Shown in pieces: positions 57,882-64,000 of a DNA stretch of 64,000 nucleotides (position 1 is the first letter of the stretch; every line of letters begins with the position of its first letter). The stretch comes from Alphaproteobacteria bacterium (lineage in GTDB: Bacteria > Pseudomonadota > Alphaproteobacteria > SP197). Location of the stretch: the NCBI GenBank assembly GCA_965228895.1, contig OZ245842.1, positions 4,928,001 through 4,992,000 of the forward strand. Reading direction: 5' to 3'. A program made the translations under genes and the position numbers. The notes below the pieces were generated by a model. The model was given only the letters and a program-made list of their open reading frames with translations. It was not told the DNA's origin and did no database searches.

Positions 57882-58511
57882 ATGACCGATGCCCACCTGA
57901 ACGACCGGTTCATCGAACTGGCGCTCGCCAACCCGGCCAACCAGGCGATCCTGGAACGGCTGCCCGCCCTGGGCGCGCCGGATGCCTGGCTCGTCGCCGG
58001 GTGTCTCTACCAGGCGGTGTGGAACGACAAAGCCGGGCGGGCGCCGGCCGAAAACGTCAAGGATTATGACATCTTCTATTGCGACCGGTCGGACCTGAGC
58101 TGGGACGCCGAAGACGCTGTCATCAGACGCGCCGACACGCTGTTCGCTGACCTCAGGATCGATCACGAGGTGCGCAACCAGGCGCGGGTTCACCTGTGGT
58201 ACGAAAAGAAATTCGGCGAGCCCGGCACGATGCTGACCACGAGCCGCGAGGGTATCGAGCGGTTTCTGGTCGCCTGCACGTGCGTCGGTCTGCGTCCTGG
58301 CGCGGACGGCCCGGAACTCTGCGCGCCGCATGGCCTTCAGGATCTGTTCGATGGACGCCTGGCGCCCAACCCGCTCCAACCCAGCGGCAACTTCCGCGCC
58401 AAAGCGCTTTCCTATCAGGCGCGCTGGCCATGGCTTGAAATCGTCGACGAGGTGCCGGCCGAACAGGCCACGACATCGGGCGGCATTGAAAGCTTGCCCG
58501 GCGGTCGATGA
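57882..58511 (+). CDS. Nucleotidyltransferase family protein (DUF925-like)
   Basis: WLVAGCL.Q.VWN, KDYDIFY.D, VRNQARVH.W, APHGL.DLF, RWP.L. Confidence 0.88.
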   Translation: MTDAHLNDRFIELALANPANQAILERLPALGAPDAWLVAGCLYQAVWNDKAGRAPAENVKDYDIFYCDRSDLSWDAEDAVIRRADTLFADLRIDHEVRNQARVHLWYEKKFGEPGTMLTTSREGIERFLVACTCVGLRPGADGPELCAPHGLQDLFDGRLAPNPLQPSGNFRAKALSYQARWPWLEIVDEVPAEQATTSGGIESLPGGR

Positions 58512-58605
58512 CGGGCTACAGCGCCGCTCATCCCGTCGCCGAATATTGGGGTCAGCCGGACCGCGGCAGCCATACCACGGCAAGCGCGGTTCGATCGTGG
58601 GTGCG

Positions 58606-59766
58606 ATGACAGAACCGTTCGTCTATCTGGAGGACCAGATCGCTGGTCAGGAGCGCTTTTACAGCGCACCGGTGCGCCGCATCACGGCCCATCGCCTCGA
58701 CGACGTCGAGCCTTGCTTCGCGGTCATGGCCGAATGCCTTGACCAGGGATTGCACCTTGCCGGTTACGCCAGTTACGAGCTCGGCTATGGCCTGGAACCC
58801 AAACTGGCTGGATTGCTGCCCACCGGCCGCCTGACTCCGCTTTTGGACTTCGCCGCTTTTGAGCGTGTCCAGGACCGGCGGCCCGTTGCGTTTGACGGTG
58901 ATGCCGCTTGTGCGTTCGGAACCCTGCAACCGGCCTGGTCGCTGGATGATTATGTCAGCCGGTTCGAACGCGTGATGGATTACATCCGCGCCGGCGACGT
59001 CTATCAGATCAATTTGACCTTTCCATTGACCGGCACGGTGGATGGCGACGCGATCGGACTTTTCCACCAATTGCGGCAACGCCAACCGGTTCGTTACGGC
59101 GGCATCGTCAGTCTGAGCACGCCAGCGATCGTCACGGTGTCGCCGGAGCTGTTCTTCCGGTTGGACGGCCGCCGCATCCGCGTGCGTCCGATGAAAGGCA
59201 CTGCCGGTCGCGGCGCCAGCCAGGCCGATGACGTGGCCATCGCGCGCGCTATGCAAGCGGACGAAAAGTCACGCGCGGAAAACCTGATGATCGTCGATCT
59301 GTTGCGCAACGATGTCGGGCGGGTAAGCGAGATCGGCTCGGTCGAGGTCACCGACCTCTTTACGGTCGAGACGTTCCCGACACTGCATCAGATGACCTCG
59401 GGCATCGAGGCCCGGCTGTGCGATGACGTCGACATTCCACAGGTCTTCCGCAGCCTGTTCCCTTGCGGCTCGGTGACCGGTGCGCCGAAAATCCGCGCCA
59501 TGGAGATCATCCGAGAGATCGAGAGCGAACCGCGCGGCGCTTACTGCGGCGCTATCGGATACATCGAGCCCAGCGGCGAGGCGTGTTTTAATGTCGCGAT
59601 CAGAACCGTGAGCCTCTTCAGCGACGGTCGGTTCGTTTACAACGTTGGCAGCGCCATCGTGTCTGATTCGCGCGCGCATTCGGAGTATGAGGAGTGTCTG
59701 TTGAAAGCCAGAGTCATGACCAGCACCCATGAATCATCGATGCCGGCCGGAGCGTTGTCCGCATGA
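58606..59766 (+). CDS. pabB: Aminodeoxychorismate synthase component I
   Basis: I.AGD.YQINL, SPELFF, RPMKGT, RAENLMIVDLLRND, FPCGSVTGAPK, FNVAIRT; start MTEPF. Confidence 0.9.
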   Translation: MTEPFVYLEDQIAGQERFYSAPVRRITAHRLDDVEPCFAVMAECLDQGLHLAGYASYELGYGLEPKLAGLLPTGRLTPLLDFAAFERVQDRRPVAFDGDAACAFGTLQPAWSLDDYVSRFERVMDYIRAGDVYQINLTFPLTGTVDGDAIGLFHQLRQRQPVRYGGIVSLSTPAIVTVSPELFFRLDGRRIRVRPMKGTAGRGASQADDVAIARAMQADEKSRAENLMIVDLLRNDVGRVSEIGSVEVTDLFTVETFPTLHQMTSGIEARLCDDVDIPQVFRSLFPCGSVTGAPKIRAMEIIREIESEPRGAYCGAIGYIEPSGEACFNVAIRTVSLFSDGRFVYNVGSAIVSDSRAHSEYEECLLKARVMTSTHESSMPAGALSA

Positions 59767-60089
59767 TCCGTCATATCGTTCTGTTCCGCGCGGCAGACCC
59801 AGCCAATGTCGAAGCCGTCAAGAATGGCCTCAGGCGATTGTGCGAGATCCCGGCCGCGACCGTTCTGGAGGTCGAGCTCAACGCCCGCAAGGATATGCTG
59901 TCCGACGAGATCGACGTCGTGGTCTATGGCGAGTTCGAAGACGAGGCAGCACTCGAGGCCTTCAAGGCGCACCCGATCTATGACGAGACCATCCAGGTCG
60001 TCCGCCCGATGCGCGACCTGCGCATTGCCGTCGACTTCGAATCCACGGCGACAGTACCCAAGTCACGGCGTGACGGAGACGCGGCGTGA
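59763..60089 (+). CDS. Dabb family stress-responsive alpha/beta barrel protein
   Basis: MIRHIVLF, YGEF.DEAAL..FK.HP.Y. Confidence 0.88.
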   Translation: MIRHIVLFRAADPANVEAVKNGLRRLCEIPAATVLEVELNARKDMLSDEIDVVVYGEFEDEAALEAFKAHPIYDETIQVVRPMRDLRIAVDFESTATVPKSRRDGDAA

Positions 60090-60892
60090 CATCGCTGACG
60101 CTCGCCACATGGAACATCAACTCGGTGCGCCTCAGGCTCGATACGGTGCTCGCCTATTTGAAGGAACACCAACCGGATGTGTTGGCCCTGCAGGAGATCA
60201 AGGCGACCGACGAGCAGTTCCCCGCCGACGCCATACGCGACGCAGGCTGGGAGCACATCGCGGTCAACGGCTTCAAAGGTTACAACGGTGTTGCGATCGT
60301 CAGCCGCGTGCCGTTCTCCGACAGCGGCCGCAAAGACTGGTGCGGCAAGACAGACGGGCGTCATGTCTGGGCGGTGCTACCCGGCAAGATCGAACTCAAC
60401 AACTTCTATGTGCCCGCCGGCGGCGACGTGCCGGATCCCGACCTGAACCCAAAGTTTGCCCACAAGCTGCAGTTCGTCGACGACATGACGTCATGGTTTG
60501 CCGCGCGCAAGAAACCGAAGAACCGCTTCGTCATGGTCGGCGATCTCAACATCGCGCCGCTTGAGACGGACGTCTGGTCGCACAAACAGCTCTTGAAGGT
60601 GGTCAGCCACACGCCGGTCGAAGTCGCCGCCATGGAGCGGCTGCGCAAGGCGCACGACTGGGTCGACGCTGTCCGCTACTTCGTTCCCGAAGACGAGAAA
60701 CTCTATTCGTGGTGGAGTTACCGGGCGAAAGACTGGGAAACCACCGACAAAGGCCGGCGTCTGGATCATGTCTGGGTCACCCCGCCGCTGCGCCGCCACC
60801 TAAAGGGTGCCGAGGTGCAGAAGCATGTGCGCGGCTGGGAACTACCCAGCGACCATGCGCCGGTCAGCGTCACACTGGACGTGCCGTCATGA
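60086..60892 (+). CDS. xth: Exodeoxyribonuclease III
   Basis: ATWNINSVR, LQEIK, KGYNGVA, YVPAG, GDLNIAP, SWWSYR, RLDH, SDHAPV. Confidence 0.95.
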   Translation: MTSLTLATWNINSVRLRLDTVLAYLKEHQPDVLALQEIKATDEQFPADAIRDAGWEHIAVNGFKGYNGVAIVSRVPFSDSGRKDWCGKTDGRHVWAVLPGKIELNNFYVPAGGDVPDPDLNPKFAHKLQFVDDMTSWFAARKKPKNRFVMVGDLNIAPLETDVWSHKQLLKVVSHTPVEVAAMERLRKAHDWVDAVRYFVPEDEKLYSWWSYRAKDWETTDKGRRLDHVWVTPPLRRHLKGAEVQKHVRGWELPSDHAPVSVTLDVPS

Positions 60893-61653
60893 GCGACAGC
60901 GACGTCCTCAACGTCAGCGTCGACGGCGCGATCGCGACGATTACCTTGAACCGGCCAGCCAAGCACAACCTGTTGCAGATCTCCGACATGGGCGCGTTCA
61001 CCGCCCTGCTTGACGACATCGACGCGCGTGTCGATCTGCGCGTCCTGCTGCTGACCGGCACCGGCGAACGCAGTTTTTGCGCCGGTGTCGACCTGGGCGC
61101 GGTGCAGGAAACCGACTGGTCGAACAACCCGTTGGAGCGCCTGTGCGATCGCATGGAGGCGATGGCGCTGCCGACGGTGTGCGCGCTTAACGGCAGTGTC
61201 TATGGCGGTGCCTGCGATCTCGCGCTGGCCTGCGACTTCCGCATCGGCGTCGACGGCATGAAGCTCGTGATGCCGCCGGCGCGCCTGGGCGTGATCTATC
61301 ATGAGACCGGACTGAAACGTTTTGTCGAGCGCCTGGGTCCCCAGGCCGCGCGCCGCTTGTTCCTGGCCGGCGAGATCATGCCGTCGGACGAACTGCTCAA
61401 GCTCGGTTTCCTCGACCGCGTGGTCGCGCGCGGCGATCTCGCCCGGACCGTCGAGACCTTTGTTGACGAACTCGCCGGCATGTCGCCACTGGCCTTGCGC
61501 GGTATGAAACGCGCCATCAACGAGATCAGCCGCGGTACCCTTGATGCCGCGCGCTTGAAGGAGGAGACACTCGCCTGTTTCGCCTCCGACGATCTTGCCG
61601 AAGGCTTGGCTGCCAGCCGACAGAAGCGCAAGCCCGACTTTCGCGGAACCTGA
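60889..61653 (+). CDS. Enoyl-CoA hydratase/isomerase family protein
   Basis: ITLNRP..HN, FCAGVDL, LNGSVYGG..DLALACDFR, PPARLG. Confidence 0.9.
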   Translation: MSDSDVLNVSVDGAIATITLNRPAKHNLLQISDMGAFTALLDDIDARVDLRVLLLTGTGERSFCAGVDLGAVQETDWSNNPLERLCDRMEAMALPTVCALNGSVYGGACDLALACDFRIGVDGMKLVMPPARLGVIYHETGLKRFVERLGPQAARRLFLAGEIMPSDELLKLGFLDRVVARGDLARTVETFVDELAGMSPLALRGMKRAINEISRGTLDAARLKEETLACFASDDLAEGLAASRQKRKPDFRGT

Positions 61654-61709
61654 TCCGACCATACGCGACATCGTGGCCTGCCAAGCGGCCCATCCCGTGT
61701 CGTCTTCGG

Positions 61710-61742
61710 TCGACATAAATCCGTTATATTTCTGTAACAAAA
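61710..61742 (+). promoter_or_regulatory. Pho box (PhoB tandem sites)
   Basis: TCGACAT-aaat-CCGTTAT-attt-CTGTAAC-aaaa: three 11-bp direct repeats like CTGTCAT-N4, upstream of a phosphate transporter. Confidence 0.7.
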
Positions 61743-61800
61743 CAACCTTCTGCCGGTTGCAGCGCCGGCTCTCGACAACTGGTGCGGTCGCGGAGGCGGT

Positions 61801-63462
61801 ATGCCCGCAACACTCTTGATTCTCAACCTGCTGGGTTCGGTCGCGCTTCTCCTGTGGGGTCTGCGCATGGTCCGCACCGGGGCGCAGCGCGCCTATGGCA
61901 GCGCGCTGCGTGGTCTCTTGAGACGAACCCTGGGCAATCGGTTGCGCGCCTTCGCGGCGGGTGCGGCGGTTACGGCGGTCATGCAGTCGAGCACGGCGAC
62001 CTGCCTGATCATCGCCTCCTTCACCGGCAGTGCGATCATTGCCGGCGCACCGGCCTTGGCCGTCATGCTGGGGGCCGATGTCGGCACCGCCTTGGTCGCC
62101 CAGATCCTCAGCCTGAACATCGCCTGGGCGCCGCCCCTTCTGGTGCTGATCGGTTTTGCTTTGTTCGCGTCGAGCGAGGAGCGCCGGCGGCGCAGCCTGG
62201 GCCGGCTGATTATTGGCGTCGGTTTGATCCTGTTGGCGCTTTCCATGACCGTGCAGAACGCCGAGCCGATCGGCGAATCCTGGCTGATCCTGCAGATCGT
62301 AAGGGCGCTGGGTGGCGAACCGTTGATCGCGCTGGTGTTGGCGGCACTCCTGACCTGGCTGGCCCATTCAAGTCTCGCGACCGTGCTGTTCATCGCCTCG
62401 CTGGCGGCGACCGGCGCGCTCCCCGTCGAGGTCGCCTTGGTGCTGGTGCTGGGAGCCAATCTGGGTGGCGGCGCACCGGCGATCATGGCGACCTGGCGTT
62501 CGAGCCCAGCGGCGCGCCGGGTCGCGCTTGGCAACGGCCTTTTCAAGCTGGTCGGCTGTCTCGCCGCCTTGCCGTTGCTCGGCCTTGCCGGCGACGCGCT
62601 GACGGCGATCGACGACGCGCCGGAGCGCCAGGTCATCTACGCCCATCTTGCGTTCAACCTGGCGCTTGCCACGATCTTTCTGCCGGTCACCAGCGCGATG
62701 TCGCGGCTGATGGAACGGTTGGTCCCGGATGCCGGCGAGGTCGAGGACGCGGACGTCGAACAAGTACGGTATCTGGCGACGACGGATCTGGAAGATCCGT
62801 CGCTGGCGCTGGCCAACGCTGCGCGCGAGACCTTGCGCATGGGCGATATCGCCGACCGCATGCTGGCCGGTGTCGGCGGTCTGTTGCGTGGCGGCGACCG
62901 TGAGACCATCGCCACCATCTCTCGGCTCGATGATGCCTTGGACAACCTCTACCGCAACATCAAGACCTACCTGACCGAGGTGCGGCGCGAACCGCTGGAG
63001 CCGGACGAAAGCCGACGCTGCGGCGACATCATGGACTTCACCACCAACCTCGAACATGTCGGCGACATCATCGACAAGAACCTCTTGGACATCGTCACCA
63101 AGAAACTCAAACGCGGCTTGTCATTCTCCGATGAGGGCCTGGAAGAGCTTGATGACATACTGGTGCGCCTACGCGATCACCTCCGTTTGGCGCTGAACGT
63201 CTTCATGTCCGGCGATCGCGCTCAGGCACGACGCCTGTTCGAGGAAAAAGAGGTCTTTCGCGATCTCGAACGTTCGGTGCAGGAACGCCACTATGAACGT
63301 CTGCAACAGGGCGTCGCCGCCACGGTCGAAACATCGGCACTGCATCTGGACCTGCTGCGTGATCTCAAACGCATCAACGCGCATCTGACCAGCGTGGCCT
63401 ATCCGATCCTGGAAGATTCCGGCGAACTGCGCCCGTCTCGCCTGCGCAAGAAGGCAAGCTAG
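61801..63462 (+). CDS. Na+/phosphate cotransporter (PNaS, NptA/YjbB) with PhoU-like C-terminus
   Basis: QSSTAT, LGADVGT, HSSLA, LGANLG, NLEHVGD, DLKRIN.H. Confidence 0.92.
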   Translation: MPATLLILNLLGSVALLLWGLRMVRTGAQRAYGSALRGLLRRTLGNRLRAFAAGAAVTAVMQSSTATCLIIASFTGSAIIAGAPALAVMLGADVGTALVAQILSLNIAWAPPLLVLIGFALFASSEERRRRSLGRLIIGVGLILLALSMTVQNAEPIGESWLILQIVRALGGEPLIALVLAALLTWLAHSSLATVLFIASLAATGALPVEVALVLVLGANLGGGAPAIMATWRSSPAARRVALGNGLFKLVGCLAALPLLGLAGDALTAIDDAPERQVIYAHLAFNLALATIFLPVTSAMSRLMERLVPDAGEVEDADVEQVRYLATTDLEDPSLALANAARETLRMGDIADRMLAGVGGLLRGGDRETIATISRLDDALDNLYRNIKTYLTEVRREPLEPDESRRCGDIMDFTTNLEHVGDIIDKNLLDIVTKKLKRGLSFSDEGLEELDDILVRLRDHLRLALNVFMSGDRAQARRLFEEKEVFRDLERSVQERHYERLQQGVAATVETSALHLDLLRDLKRINAHLTSVAYPILEDSGELRPSRLRKKAS

Positions 63463-63468
63463 CGAGCG

Positions 63469-63954
63469 TCAGGCCCGGTACATGAAATAGCGGCCGGGCG
63501 CGACGCCGTCGGGCAGCGCAAGCGGCTGCCAGGATGACCCGACGAGTTCCTGGTCAGCCAGCGCGACACCGTTCGTGGTCAACAGGTCTCTCGTCGCCTC
63601 CGCCATCCACGTCGCCAGGGCTACGTTGGCCGCTTCGTCGCCGGAGCCGATATCGAAATGGATCATCGCCGCGGGTGCACCAACGCGCGCCAGCGCCTGC
63701 GGCACGGTGTCGCGGAAATCGCCGAGGATCATGTGCTCGTCGTCGGGAATGCAGTCGGGGTGCGCGGCGACCTGACGGTCGAACTCAAAGATTTCGCGTT
63801 CCGGCAGGATCTGCCGCAAATGGTCGAAGGTACGTCCGTTGCCGAGACCGAACTCCAAAACCGGTCCCGGGACATCGGCAATCATTGCGGCGGCAGTCTC
63901 CAGACATGTTCGCTGGGCTTCAAGGCGACGGATCGCGCTATCGAGACGACTCAC
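63469..63954 (-). CDS. Class I SAM-dependent methyltransferase (PF12692-like)
   Basis: SRLDS.IRRL.AQR..L, VLEFGLGNGRTFDHLR, FDR, GRYFMY; GTG start. Confidence 0.85.
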   Translation of the reverse strand: MSRLDSAIRRLEAQRTCLETAAAMIADVPGPVLEFGLGNGRTFDHLRQILPEREIFEFDRQVAAHPDCIPDDEHMILGDFRDTVPQALARVGAPAAMIHFDIGSGDEAANVALATWMAEATRDLLTTNGVALADQELVGSSWQPLALPDGVAPGRYFMYRA

Positions 63955-63978
63955 GGTGTTGTCGTGTAGCTGGCACCA

Positions 63979-64000
63979 CCGGCCCACTCCCCCGCCCGGC
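63979..64000. repeat. REP-like palindrome family R1, copy D (left arm, cut by the window end)
   Basis: CCGGCCCACTCCCCCGCCCGGC is nearly identical to the left arm of copy C. Confidence 0.7.

Noticed and set aside
56013-58583. 856-aa minus-strand ORF, and similar long ORFs at 2187-3221, 23715-25253, 35876-37372, 38374-39774 and 60766-62367
   Set aside because: Antisense shadows of well-supported genes, expected at high GC; no family motifs
34489-64000. R1 repeats as a CRISPR array
   Set aside because: They are dispersed single palindromes with no repeat-spacer periodicity and no cas genes

Overview
A GC-rich chromosomal segment that looks alphaproteobacterial (DUF1127, DUF1344 and PF12692-type genes; CTAGAGC- and CCCTCTCCC-type intergenic repeats). 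It holds about 60 CDSs. I saw no rRNA, tRNA, CRISPR array, transposase or integrase. Housekeeping genes are comM/yifB, purC, hinT, pabB, xth, an RND pair and a Na/Pi cotransporter with a Pho box. These are mixed with many small catabolic modules: GntR-cupin-ROK, MocR-aminotransferase III, sulfite-oxidase-like plus MOSC plus OYE, two Rieske oxygenases plus a homocysteine methyltransferase, and MarR-ureohydrolase plus amidohydrolase. The most striking locus is a C40 xanthophyll cluster (crtE-ABC ATPase-ABC permease-crtZ >< crtB-crtI-crtY <> crtG) whose predicted product is caloxanthin/nostoxanthin. An ABC-2 exporter is translationally coupled between crtE and crtZ, and all three transcription units carry an ATCC-N16-CGTA promoter of the RpoE/ChrR (ECF11) type. 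Together these suggest a photo-oxidative-stress carotenoid synthesis-and-export system. Other signals are a ureohydrolase with a rebuilt metal site, a DMT gene frameshifted by an exact 8-bp duplication, three families of palindromic repeats (one with covarying stems and a conserved 15-nt loop), and two DUF1127 genes with structured 3' regions flanking an Ade1-type purC. All calls come from motif recognition by eye; no database search was run.
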